From NCBI RefSeq assembly GCF_006345805.1, contig NC_043015.1, positions 4,216,001 through 4,280,000 on the forward strand: 64,000 bases of DNA. Direction: 5' to 3'. This DNA is from Octopus sinensis. Taxonomy: Eukaryota. The notes beneath the pieces were generated by a model. It did not search any database. It saw nothing but the letters and a program-made list of their open reading frames with translations, and had not been told where the DNA came from. Positions 42,322-55,335 of the stretch are shown piece after piece. Both the position numbers and the translations under genes were made by a program. The number at the start of each line of letters is the position of its first letter. The stretch's first letter is position 1.

Positions 42322-42562
42322 CTTTTTTACTCTGTAACTTTTGTCAGTCATTTGACTGCGGCCATGCTGGAGCACCGCCTTTAGTCGAGCAAATCGACCT
42401 CCAGGACTTATTCTTTGTAAGCCTAGTATTTATTCTATCTGTTTCTTTTGCCGAACCGCTTTGTGACGGGGACATAAACAAGCAGCATCGGTTGTCAAGC
42501 AAACCAGAGACGCACAACACAACACACACACACACAACACAACACACACAACACACACACAA

Positions 42563-42605
<43 letters not shown>

Positions 42606-42792
42606 GTATATATATATATATATATGACGGGCTTCTTTCAGTTCAGTTTCCGTCTAACAAATCTACTGAGAAGGCTTTGGTCGGCCCGAGGCTATAGTAG
42701 AACACAATTGGTCAAGATGCCACGCAGTGGGACTTGACACGGAACCATTTGGTTAGTAAGCCAGCTACACACCACACAGCCACTCCTACGCC
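42322..42792 (-). mobile_element. SINE family B, full length
   Basis: Reverse complement of the 19432 and 58893 copies; internal (CA)n(TA)n. Confidence 0.9.
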
Positions 42793-43063
42793 TATTTAAT
42801 TTTGAGAAAAAAAATATATAATGAATAGACAACTGCATCTTTTGGAGTATGCAGTATTGGAGACGTTGAGAACAGTCACCCATCGCACACACATACACAA
42901 ACATGTGCATGTGTGTATACATATGCCCTAGCTAACTGTACTATTTTGTTTACCTGCATCACCATCTCCATAACAGCTGAAATTGGATTTCTTTCTTCTC
43001 CATTCTTGACACCGAGATGTGGAGAAATATACTGGTTACAGTTATTTGTTTGAAGATGTATAT

Positions 43064-43294
43064 ATGTTTCTTTATTGCCCACAATGGGCTAAACATAGAG
43101 GGGACAAACAAGGACAGACAAACGGATTAAGTCGAGTACATCGACCCCAGTGCGTAACTGGTACTTAATTTATCGACCCCGAAAGGATGAAAGGTAAAGT
43201 CGACCTCAGCGGAATTTGAACTCAGAACGAACGACAGACGCAATACCGCTAAGCATTTCGCCCGGTGTGCTAACCTTTCTGCCAGCTCGCCGCC
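43064..43294 (-). mobile_element. SINE family A, full length with 14-bp TSD
   Basis: TSD TTGAAGATGTATAT at 43050-43063 and 43295-43308. Confidence 0.92.
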
Positions 43295-44034
43295 TTGAAG
43301 ATGTATATCGCATATTATTTGCGCAACTTTATATCATATTAAGCAGGAAATGCCTATTGTTTGTTCTGCATTGATGCTGCAAATGTCACCGATCAGAGAC
43401 ACATAGCGTGTATAATACCATATTCTCGAGGTCCGGTATATATCACTGTAATCCATTTCTTGTTAATAAGTGAAGTTCGTATCTAACACCAACAGATTTT
43501 GTTACCAAGTTGGTTCAAATTAATTAGACATAATTCTCTGTAATTCTAAGTGCATACGTACCTGTGTAAGTGCTTGCGTGTGTGCTCGTGTTTGTGCGCA
43601 GTAATACAACTTTAACATTCTGGGAAAACGAAGAAAATATTTTTCTTTGAATTTTAAATTGGTTACAGTAGGATTGATAAAATACATCTCTTCATAGGTT
43701 TTCTTAGAGAACACTTTGTTATATTGCTAATTAAAGAAATTTCTTACTAAGGATTCTTGCAAATTTGAATCAAGAAGCCAATCAGGTTTAACGAGAATAT
43801 CTTATACGCCACATTTCAATTACAACAATTGATATAATAGAAATTTATTCTAAATTTTAATCAGCTGGTCTCCACTTGGCTATGATTAGTATATAGATTG
43901 ACAATTAATAGTTGATTTCAAAGGTAGGGTGTTTAGGTGAAATTTCTATGAAAAGAAAAGAAACTAAGAGATACTTTTCAGAAATAAAATTATATAAAAA
44001 ATTTAAAAATTACAAACAGGAAGCATAGCTGACG

Positions 44035-44720
44035 AAAATGATGGATCTGTCTCTTTGACTTCACACATCAGCAAAATTGTGGAAGAAAGTAAACTAATTG
44101 CATTCCTCGAAAAGAATAACTTGCGGAATGACTCGCAGCATGGTTTTCAACCAAGAAGAATCTGTCTAACAAAGTTCTTACAGTACAACGTCTGTGTATT
44201 AATGTATCGTCTGAAATACACTAATGTGAACTTGATATATATAAACTTTGCAAAAGCCTGAGATGAAGCCAACCGTGGAATGATATGTTACAAGCTGCTT
44301 GACATCGGCATACTCGTAAAGCTTGAAGAGTGGCCACACGATTTTTTAAACGGTAGAAATTAGGCAATGGTTGCCAATGGAACCACCTCTAAATAAAATG
44401 CAACAGTGAATGTTGTTACAGAGGGCACAGAGGCTCTCTCAAACACGCACTCACCAGATTGGATAACCACTTGCAGATAACCAACATTGTAGATAATAAA
44501 AATGACTTTCGGAGGATAGAGAACACTGGGGATATTGGCGGTGGATGCAATATACAGGTGGGTTCAGGACACTCACATATCGTTTAAAGCTGAAAATCAC
44601 AAGTTATTTGCTTCCAGCATACAAAGCTCAATGAAGTGTAGAGGTCATACACGGGCCCAGGAAGAATTGAAATCGGTGCATGACCTGGGAATTTGCATGA
44701 ATAAATATGCACCAATAAAC
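44035..44720 (+). mobile_element. CR1/Jockey-group LINE RT fragment
   Basis: SLTSHISKIVE, QHGFQPRRICLT, IYINFAKA*D; stops present. Confidence 0.8.
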
Positions 44721-45049
44721 AATAGAAAATAATTTATGATTAAAATTCATTTTCCAAAACCTTTAACTTACACGTTCAATTGTGGGACTACGATGTCGAC
44801 GAAACTAGCAATACATTTGTCATTCAAACAATGCCCTACGTAGAGCCTACGCTAAATTTTTAAAAAAGTAGGACAACGGGGAATCTCACTCTCCATATAT
44901 ATTATATATATTATATATATATATATACACAAGGCAATTGAAGATAGTTACCTCAATGATAGCACCATTTTAAGGAATGAACGCATAGAGAATAGGAATG
45001 ACCTGGAAATAATCCTTAATGGAATTAATGAGAATGTATAATTATATAT

Positions 45050-45252
45050 TACACTTTTTTATCCGAGGGGAGGCAATGCGAGCAACAATCACAGGAGCAT
45101 TAGAAAATCCACAGAATGACCAAACACATACAGATCTCCATATACTCATTTATATCTATAAAGCCCGACATTAAATCTCGGATTTTCTGTGGATTTTCTG
45201 ATGTTCTTTTTTTTGTTGCTCGCATTGCCTCCCCTCGGATAAAAAAAGTGTA
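45050..45252. repeat. Inverted repeat (~67-bp arms, 68-bp spacer)
   Basis: Perfect 34-bp core, 45055-45088 vs 45213-45246. Confidence 0.85.
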
Positions 45253-46326
45253 TACAGCTCATTAGAGCACTTCTTTTTCCAGTCCGTTGTATATCTTGAG
45301 CGTTGTTGTCACTCAAGATATAAATTTATATTTTGTAATTATATATAATCCATAACTAATAACTACTTTTAGACTGTCTAATACAGAACATCAAAAGCAA
45401 ATAGCGATTGTTATTTGCTATTAACCTACAGACTTCATGACATTCAAGACACACGAGAATGTCTCTTTTAAACTAACAAAAACGGAAAAAAAAACATAAA
45501 GAATCCGTAACGCATGACATCATGAACTAAAAGAATTAACTACCACCCTTATTCAGTAATGGAATACAACTAACCATGTTTTTCCTTATCCATGACATGA
45601 CAAGTTAAACAGAGAAATACATCGGAATGGAAGATCCTTCAATAAATCTCCAACAACGGTGACAACTGTTCACAAGTAAAACTAAATTCACCAGTTCTAT
45701 GCTCCGGAATTGGGGATGTTATATTCGTAAGCGAGAAACATTTTTGCGACAACCTAAAATACAGGAATACAGTCAAACAGCACACAGTGAACCTATGGTC
45801 TTCTGTGCAGGTAACATCAAACATTATGACTTTTTCTCTCTGTAAACTTAGCCACACTTCAACAGAGAAATCGCCTTCTATGAAAAAAATACCAATAATA
45901 TTTTGTTTTTCAGAGAAAGAAACGCAACCTGCAGCAAACTCACTTCTACTCAAATCAAACCCCTCAATCTGTTATTGAAATCAATGACAGCCGTAAGCCT
46001 CCACTGGGTGTGCTACCTGTTGACTCGCTTACTATTTCTGCTGGTACCGCTAACACCGCCATCAGGTTTCACTCTAAATTCGTTTACCACTACTACGTGA
46101 AATGTTTACAAGAAATAAAATACAACACTGAATGGTCCTTGATAAAAAACGATCCAAAATTACTGGAATTAATATTAAGAAAGATGAATTTTGTTTAAGT
46201 TTCTTCTATTATTTATTTTCTAATAAGGTTTTCCTAAAGTTATCGAAAGTGGACGCCAACTTAGAGATGCAAATATGTTTGTTTTAACTATTTCCTCTCC
46301 CTCTCTCTCACTCTCTCTCTCTCTCG

Positions 46327-46359
<33 letters not shown>

Positions 46360-46380
46360 ACATATATATATATATATACA

Positions 46381-46692
46381 CGTTTATGTATTCGTTTGGC
46401 ATGATTCTGGATATGAACTTGTGTGATGAAACAGCTATTGCTGTATTTGGGGATGGTCAAATACACACGCATACAACTGGAACGCAGAATGGAAGATCGT
46501 TAGGAAGGATTGACACAAAAAGAGACTGAATAAAGCAAAGAGCCACTGGCGAGGTCACACAAGTGTGACGAGAGAACTCTGACCGGGATATAATTAATTT
46601 GTAACAAAGCTGAAGCAAGCGAACACTGAGTAAATAATGCGTGTATTTTCATTGACTAAATTGGCAACTTGACCATCCCGAAATACAACAAT
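46381..46692 (+). mobile_element. TA-embedded non-autonomous PLE-related element with 24-bp inverted repeats and a degenerate HHR
   Basis: IR 46437-46460 / 46669-46692 (22/24); GCCA-CTGGCGA-g-GTCACAC AA GTGTGAC-GAGA-gaac-TC-TGAC at 46542-46583. Confidence 0.65.
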
Positions 46693-46703
46693 GTATATAT
46701 ATA

Positions 46704-46737
<34 letters not shown>

Positions 46738-46852
46738 CCTTCTGAGTGGATTTGTAGACGGAAACTGAAGGAACATACACACTATACATATATACATGTA
46801 TATGTATGTAATATGTATGTATGTATTTATGTATGTATGTATGTATGTATGC

Positions 46853-46890
<38 letters not shown>

Positions 46891-46894
46891 ATAT

Positions 46895-46994
46895 NNNNNN
46901 NNNNNNNNNNNNNNNNNNNNNNNNNNNNNNNNNNNNNNNNNNNNNNNNNNNNNNNNNNNNNNNNNNNNNNNNNNNNNNNNNNNNNNNNNNNNNN
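46895..46994. other. Assembly gap (100 N)
   Basis: Direct. Confidence 1.
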
Positions 46995-47105
46995 GGGGTC
47001 GATAAATTAAGTACCAGTCACGCACTGGGGTCGATGTAATCGATTTAATACCTTGTTTGTGCTTGTTTGTCCCCTCTGTGTTTAGCCCTTGTGGGTAATA
47101 AAGAG
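46995..47105 (+). mobile_element. SINE family A, 3' half
   Basis: GGGGTCGATAAATTAAGTACCAGT..CTGGGGTCGATGTAATCGA..GCCCTTGTGGG. Confidence 0.85.
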
Positions 47106-47223
47106 AATAGGTATGTTGGTATACAGTCTAGTGACGTAAAAACTTGTAAGCGTAGTACCTTCCGGGACAGTAAGTTGGGATGTGTTGGAAAAAGAACATG
47201 TCATCCATTAAAAGTGTAAACAA

Positions 47224-47269
<46 letters not shown>

Positions 47270-47387
47270 TATATATATACATATAATATATGTGTGTGGT
47301 GTGGGTGTGTGTGTGTGTATTTATGTTCTTATGTATATATAATAATATATATATATATATATTAATATATATAATATATATATATAT

Positions 47388-47659
47388 GGATGCGCAATGG
47401 CCTAGTGGTTAGGGCAGCGGACTCGCGGATAGGATCGCGGTTTCGATTCCCAGACCGGGCGTTGTGAGTGTTCATTGAGCGAAAACCCCTAAAAGCTCCA
47501 CTGCACTCCCTGCGTGTACTCTTTCACCACTCTTTCTCTCTCTCTCTTCTCTCTGTCTGTTGGCCTGCTCGCTTAACCAGTGGGGGCGTCATTCGAAGGC
47601 TAAAACAATGCGAAAACATTGTGACTAGCGATGTTAAAACATCTGATGGTCTGGTCGGT

Positions 47660-47667
<8 letters not shown>
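47388..47667 (+). mobile_element. SINE family C, tail type 1
   Basis: A-box TGGCCTAGTGG, B-box GTTTCGATTCC; ends GGTCACGTGA. Confidence 0.85.
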
Positions 47668-47705
<38 letters not shown>

Positions 47706-47750
47706 ATATATATATATATATATATAATACATATATATTATACATATATA

Positions 47751-47782
<32 letters not shown>

Positions 47783-48211
47783 GTTAATCAAAACATGAAA
47801 GCACACAAAAAAAGACACAACACGTGGATGTGGAACAAATATAGTATTATTGGAGGCTCAGGAAAGAAGGAAAGAAGGAGGGTTTAACGTTTCGATACAT
47901 ATATACATATATATATCAAGAGAAGGCTTGCATTGTAGCTTCATTGGTTGCATGAAACTGCGGAGTTGTTGTTTCACTATCTAAACATTTGGCATTGTAA
48001 AAGTAAATTGTGGACGCGCAATATATATGTGTGAATATATATTTGTGTGTGTGTGTATTTATACATGTGTCTGTTTTTCCCCCATGAACAGCTAACAACT
48101 AGTTCTTACTTCATTTACATTCCCATGTTTAGGGCTCAGCACATTAGTTCAAAAGAAAGCATATGAGGCCTTAAGGAATTACTACTAAGGTCAATTTGTT
48201 AAAATTGTAAC

Positions 48212-49149
48212 ATTCTTCAATGAATTGTTTTATGTATTCATATGATATTTTTAGTATTAACAAAATTTTGTTATAAACATAACAATTACTCAAATAATAT
48301 TTTAATGCCCATATCTATATATCTTATTACTAAAGAAAGAGAATTTACTTAGGTTTCCTAAAACGCTGTTTACAATGCAATGCCTTCCCTGAAAGAAATT
48401 CGTTACAGTATTTTTCATAAAAACGCATTGTATGGAGAAATGTATTCACAAAATTTATACTGCCACAAAGGCAGATATGCCGTGTTGTTAAGAAGATTTC
48501 TTCTTAAACTTTGAGATGTAGGAGATATTCTCCCGAAAACCACTGGTACCTAGATCTTGGTTATGATATGGGGCGTGAGGATTAATAATGTTTTCGCTTG
48601 TTAAAATGAGAAAATTTAAGGTGGTGCCAAAATATAATTACAACACTCTCTCTAGTAAAAGATAATTGGTGATAGAGGAATCTGTTACATAATAATCATT
48701 ATGGTGATGACATGTTATTAAATACTTCGTGATTCAACTATAGATAAGCTCAAAAAGAGACCCCTATAAACGAAACTATCAAGAAACAAAAACAGATTCT
48801 TTTGTGATACAAATGTCTGGGACAAGTTAAATGAGGTTGGCATGTATAATCTCATTGTCACAGATCCTGACCGATAAAGACCATAAACCACCATATCGGG
48901 AAAGGTTTGGTGCAGAGATATCAGCCACGAAGGAGACGTGGGCGCAATGATAGTTACATACGTCGTATTTGCTTTACCTCTTGTTACCAAATCTCAACCA
49001 AGAAGTTGGATATATGCTTGTGAGAGCGTGTGATGTATGCGTCCAAATTCAATTTGTGATTAATGGTGCACGTACAGTCACGGATAATTATCTATCTATC
49101 TATCAATCTATCTATCTATCTATCTATCTATCTATATAATATATATATA

Positions 49150-49206
<57 letters not shown>

Positions 49207-49352
49207 GTCTATCTATCTATCTACCTATCTATTTATCTATCTATCAATTTATCTGTCTATATATCTATTTATCTACCTATCTATTTATCTATCTATCAAT
49301 CTATCTGTCTATCTATCTATCTATCTATTTACCTACCTACCTACCTACCTAC

Positions 49353-49384
<32 letters not shown>

Positions 49385-49427
49385 ATATCTACCTATCTAT
49401 CTGTCTATCTATCTATCTGTCTGTCTG

Positions 49428-49470
<43 letters not shown>

Positions 49471-49913
49471 CACGCAGACATGTGTGCGCGTTGGTGTGTG
49501 AGTGGATAATGACTGAAACAAAGTATAATTGTGTGTTGTACGAAATTACATATATATTAACAGTGTATATAATAACCATTTCAATACAAAGTGTAAAAGC
49601 TTTTTCAAGTGATGTAGTAATAGACAAACTATATACTATCTAGACTATTAGACTGAAGGTAACATCTTCAGATGTATTATTAAAAAAATTAAAATAATGC
49701 GATGTAATTGTCTTGAAAGAAATGTTTTTCATTAATGAATATCTCGAATGTTCAATAAACATTTATTGATTGAGGTTTCCTAAAACAGCGTACACTCGCA
49801 CCCACGCATGCACAAATACATATAGACATAGATATTAATATGTATATATATATATATATATACATATGTGTGTGTGTGTGTGTATACAGATAGATATATA
49901 GATACTTATATAT

Positions 49914-49971
<58 letters not shown>

Positions 49972-50478
49972 TACTCACATACATATATAACACACAGAGA
50001 GACACACCCACATTTCTCGTACTCACACACCACATACACACCTCTATATATTCTTATATCTTTTCGAGTACCTTTAATGTTCACGTTCTAAGATTCTTCA
50101 ATGAATTGTTTTATATATTCATATGATATTTTTAGTTTTAACAAAATTTTGTGATAAACAATACAAATACTCAAATAATATTTTAATGTCCATATCTATA
50201 TATCTTATTATCAAAGAAAGAGAATTTACTTAGGTTTCCTAAATCGCTGTTTACAATGCCTTTGCTGAAAGAAATTCGTGACAGTAATTTTCATAAAAAC
50301 GCTTTGTATGCAGAAATGTATTCACAAAATATATACTGCTACAAAGGCAGATATTGCCGTGTTGTTAAGAAGATTTCTTACTAAACTTGGAGATGAAGGA
50401 GATATTCTCCCGAAAGCCACTGATTTCTAGATTTTGGTTGTGATTTAAAACGTTTTCGCTTGTTAAAAATTAGAAAAT
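48212..50478 (+). repeat. Direct duplication of ~390-400 bp (48212-48615 and 50093-50478)
   Basis: Colinear, roughly 85-90% identical by eye. Confidence 0.85.
49089..49470. repeat. (ATCT)n microsatellite
   Basis: Direct. Confidence 0.95.
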
Positions 50479-50774
50479 GCGATTCTAATAAAGACACCGG
50501 TGTTGAGGCTACTAAGGGTAAGTCCAGCGTTTATGGATTGTAAGTTGATATAGTGTAGTGTGATTTTATGGGTTTATGGAACATGTAAGATAGGTTTTCA
50601 ATTGATTAGAGAGTATCATCAAACAAATAATTTACTTTTTGTATGATTATGAAAGGATAATATATGGTAAAATATTTTGAAGACTGTATGGAGAGCTTTG
50701 CATGAGCACACACATACACACACATACACACACACACACATATACACACACACATATACATATATATATATATA

Positions 50775-50946
50775 TACATGTATACGCCGGGCTTCTTTTA
50801 TTTTCCGTCTACCAAATCTACTAACAAGGGTTTGGTCGGCCCGAGTCTATAATAGAAGACACTTGCCCAAGGTGTCACACAGTGAGACTGAACCCGGAAC
50901 CATGTGGTTCGTGAGCAAGATACTTATCAGACAGTCACTCCTACAC
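50775..50946 (-). mobile_element. SINE family B, 5' half
   Basis: ACACTTGCCCAAGGTG (CORE-like, reverse), TGAACCCGGAACCATGTGGT. Confidence 0.8.
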
Positions 50947-51011
50947 CAATGTGCACAACTATTTATCAGTGTGATATATAGACAGTGCTCCGTCGAGTAG
51001 AGGATATAGAC

Positions 51012-51185
51012 AACTTACTTGCTTACTTGTGACGGCGTTCACCCAGGGCGGGTTGATCCGGATTCTTTTCTGGTCCTGACGGCATCACGAACCATGGCGG
51101 CCTACGCTCGACGGTCCTGTGCTAGGTCACTGGAGATAGCGATCCATTCGCAGTTCCATCTGTGGACCTGAGAGTTCGGAGAGGA
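51012..51185 (-). mobile_element. RTE-like LINE 3' end with (TAAG)n tail
   Basis: LSGP..WNCEW..DLAQDRRA*AAMVRDAV. Confidence 0.6.
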
Positions 51186-51230
51186 TATAGAGTCAACATA
51201 TGAGATCTAAAGATGCACAGCATAGAAAAT

Positions 51231-51231
<1 letters not shown>

Positions 51232-51273
<42 letters not shown>

Positions 51274-51440
51274 GGTGGTGGTGGTGGTGGTGGTGGTGGA
51301 AGTGGTGCTGGTGGTAGTATTGTTATTGTTGTTGTTGTTGGTGGTGGTAGTAGTAGTAGTAGGATTAGTAGTAGTAGTATTAGTAGTGGTGGTGGTAGTG
51401 GTGCTGGTGGTAGTGTTGGTGGTGTTGGTGTTGTTGTTGT

Positions 51441-51484
<44 letters not shown>
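51232..51484. repeat. (AGT)/(GGT)/(TGT)n microsatellite
   Basis: Direct. Confidence 0.95.
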
Positions 51485-51846
51485 ATCAAATGATTTAAAC
51501 ACTCAGTCCGAAGTTATATCGAGGACTGAAATCCGCGGGGTAAAGATTGGCTATAAAAGAAATCCAGGTGAGCTGATATAGAAACAGTGATGAATATACA
51601 CATTGGTCTTTATTTATCGGTTATACACATATACACGTATGCATTAAAAATATATAGGACCGTATACAGAGAGAAATGAAAATACTTAGATGAACACTTA
51701 TGCATACGCATATAGTTAGTAAAGTATTTACAAAATACATAAATTTAGATGGAATACAAACATGTTGAAAAAAAAGAGGAGAAATCGCCTTAATTTAAGG
51801 CCAACGCTAGTTTCAATCCTGAATGCATCGGGGATGTATATATATT

Positions 51847-53090
51847 TATTTGGTCATCCCATAAATAATGCGATTTTTATATTTATTTTCCTTTTTAAAA
51901 TTAAGATAAGCAAAGTTCTTTTTTAATTTACAATATACTCTCCTTCATTTCTGAAATGCTCGTCCATCCTGCTTGTAGATATGCAAGGCACCGCTCCCAA
52001 AATTCACTTGTCAGTAACGAAAACTACTCCTTCATTACTGGTCTCCCTTCGTCTACAGAATTCATATATTTTGCGTCCAACTTAGTATGAAGAATGCGGA
52101 GTAAATGAGAATCAGGTAGGTTAATGTCCAGCGGATATATGGTGGGTGGGGTATTGTTTTCGGTTCAAACTGTTCCAGCCTTTAAAACGTCATTTAAAAA
52201 GTGTAGCCGAGCATATTCTGGTGGACGAACTCCTTTCGTCTTAAAAAACAAAGAGGGTCATTTTTCTTCTAGCGCTGACTTATGCCGCTGCATTTGCTTG
52301 CAGTAGATCTCGTTTCTAATTGTTTGATTTAGGATGAAAATTTCAATGTGGACTAACTTTTCATATCCCACAAAACAAATAACAACATCTAACGTGGGTG
52401 AAGTCCTTCTATAGCCTGGGTTGCCGGTGATTTTCCTTTCCCTACCCACTGTCTTTGGCGCTTCACATTTTTATAGTGAACCCATTTCTCGTCACCAGTC
52501 ATTAATCGGTCGAAAAAAGGGTCATTATCGAGACGTGACAGCAAAGGACTGCACACATTGACTCTCCGCACGCGATTACACTCAGAATGTTTTTAAGGAA
52601 CCCATTGACCCAATTTACTAAGTACTCCGATGGCACGCATTTGTCGATGAATGTTTGAATGACCAAATTGAAGTCTCCATGCTATATCCTCAACAGTTAC
52701 GATGGGATGTGCAGGCTTTCCTTGTCGAGCTCAATGGATCTTCTTGGACGAGGCTTGTTTTCTGGGCTGTAGTTTCCGGCTCGGAATTTATGCAACCACC
52801 ATTCACACTGGCCTACGCTTATTGTTTCATCTCCATATTCTGCATTAATATTCTTCTAACTTTCCTTTGCGGTGTTGCCTTTATTGAACTCACAAGGCAA
52901 AATATGCCGAATATGCTCCTTTGTCACTTTCATTATAGCTTTGGAAAGGTAAATGTTAAAATTGACATGCACTCTTCAAAATTTGCACTATGAATAAGGA
53001 CAAGGTAAAATTACTATCTGCTTTTATAGCAAGTTGATGCAGGTAGTCTCTCCTGTCGCACTTCGACTTGTCGTTTATTCAATTGAAAAT
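51847..53090 (-). mobile_element. Mariner transposon relic
   Basis: LGQWVP, FFDRLMTGDEKWVHYKNVKRQRQW, YCKQM; TIR-like TGGTCATCCCATAAATAATGCG. Confidence 0.85.
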
Positions 53091-53304
53091 TATACATAAG
53101 CAGTGTGAATTGCGAGAGCTCGGTACATACTATATGCTTTTAATAAAATTCATTATTTGATTCCATTTTCAAAAAATGTGTGATAGGAAAACACTCAAAG
53201 AACCACATATACCCATCTAGATTATTATCACTGTATATCATACATTTCAAAATATTCTGTGCATCATGCATTAGGAATAATTTCATATATCAAATTGTAT
53301 ATTC

Positions 53305-53340
<36 letters not shown>

Positions 53341-54545
53341 TCGTATAATGTAACGCATTTTAACAGATGCTAAGCAATTGTTATGTCGTTTTAGCATAGT
53401 AAAAATGAAGTCGCTTAGAAAGTTGTAGTTACAGAAATAATTACCCTTGGTTCTATAATACTAGATATTATATGTTTCGCTATGAAGGTTTGTATTTTTG
53501 TGTGTGTAAGACAGTTTGACGCATATATTGTTATGACTATATGTTATGAGATATGATAACTGCTTTGATCGATTTCTTGTAGATGGAAAAGCAAAACTAT
53601 TTTCATGTGTATCACATTTATCGGTTGCCAATGACTGTCAATATCGTTCGAATACCCTTTGCCAGTAATGGTCAAAAATGGAGTTTCCTATCAACAGTTT
53701 ACCTGTACAAATAACCACATTTTATTTCAGAAGGTATTATCAATAAATTAGCTATCCATTCAATGCACTGCAAATATGTGGTCCGTGGCAAATTGAGCTT
53801 TTGTTTTGCCAGAAAGCTTCGCACTATTGTCATTCATGATTTCAGTTATACGATATGGAATTATTAACATTCAAAAGCATCCTTGAATGCTATAAAGCAT
53901 AGGATATGAAACGAGCGTGATTCCAACGGCAATATACTTACTTTGATGTCCTTACGTGTTAAGATCTCGCAGTAAATATTGAAGTATCTTCATACATTTG
54001 CGTTAAATTGCGTATAGATATTTGTGAAAACAACGCTCATTATAAAAGTATTATCGTTGCAGAATTTTGCTAGCTGCCCATTAAAAGTGATGATATTTTC
54101 CTCTTTGTAGTTATGAACTACATTCATGTGGCAAGACCAAAGGAAAATAAACTGTGACATCAAATGAAATTTTATGGAAAATTCGTATTTTCTTTCAGAA
54201 TGTCACGGCTAACTATAGACTTTTTCTTCTTTGTGGGATCAGAATGGAGGATGTGCGAGATATTTAAGGTAGGATTGATGGTAATAAAAAGAATTACTAT
54301 ACAGTATATTTCAGTAGAATCTTTAAGGAAAAGAATTAGTAAAGCTTTTATTGTGCACATGTTACACTGCAGCGCTAACGTATTAGTGAGTTATGTTCGA
54401 TTTGTGGATGTAAATATTTTCTTCCCCTGTCTCTATACGAAAAAAAAAAGTATGCAACAAATACAAAATCAATATATACACACCAGAAAAGAGAAAGGGA
54501 ACACATATATCCATACATCTGTGTGTGCGCGTAGATACGAAATTT

Positions 54546-54576
<31 letters not shown>

Positions 54577-54857
54577 TTGTGTGTGTGTGTGCACGCGCAG
54601 CAACTCGCTTACGTATATACTTACATATGGGAAGCGACCACGCTGGTGTAAATTTGTACAACTGCATTGTAAATTTCTGCAAATGAGTTAAAGTAGTTAA
54701 TTCGTGGTTAGTCTTCATAAACCATGTAACGTTCTAAACCATTAAAGTGAGGCACATAAAATGTGGTACATTTTTTCTGTTTACACACACATACAGATGC
54801 GCACGTGCCTATGTATGTATATATCTATCTACCTATTTATCTATCGCTTTATCTATC

Positions 54858-54937
<80 letters not shown>

Positions 54938-54965
54938 TAGAGGGAGAGAGAGAAATATATATTAT

Positions 54966-55286
54966 TCGGTCACGACACAGACCATGTGATTGCACATAGA
55001 AAGTTACCCTCCTAGACACAAGTCCGGGCGAAGTTCTTTATGGAAGACCAGCAGTCGTCCATGCATACCAGCCTCCCCTCACCACGCCACCAGTGTTACC
55101 CAAGGGAAAGACAAAGGTCGATACAGCTTGGCACCAGTGACGTCGCAACTCATTTCTACAGCTGAGTGAACTGGAGCAACCTGAAATAAAGTGCCTTGCT
55201 CAAGAACACAATACGCAGCCCGGTCCGGAATTCGAGCTCACAGCCTCACGATCGTAAGTTCGACGCTCTAACCACTGAGCCATGCG
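54966..55286 (-). mobile_element. SINE family D (tRNA head + CORE-like + Deu/Nin-like segment)
   Basis: Minus strand TGGCTCAGTGGTTAGAGCG..CTCGAATTCC; TGTGTTCTTGAGCAAGGCACTT; CCAGTTCACTCAGCTGTAGAAATGAGT. Confidence 0.8.
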
Positions 55287-55335
55287 TAAATATAAATGGT
55301 GCACGGCTGATATACAATCGTGTGTTGGAACAGAT

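Noticed and set aside
44780-44815. GTCGACGAAACTAG as a hammerhead (similarly 29075-29105 and 55610-55650)
   Set aside because: No CUGANGA core or convincing stem I.
54199-54385. Plus-strand exon candidate (also 958-1020 and 30013-30070)
   Set aside because: Splice-like ends and an open frame, but no homology or compatible neighbours; expected by chance in 64 kb.
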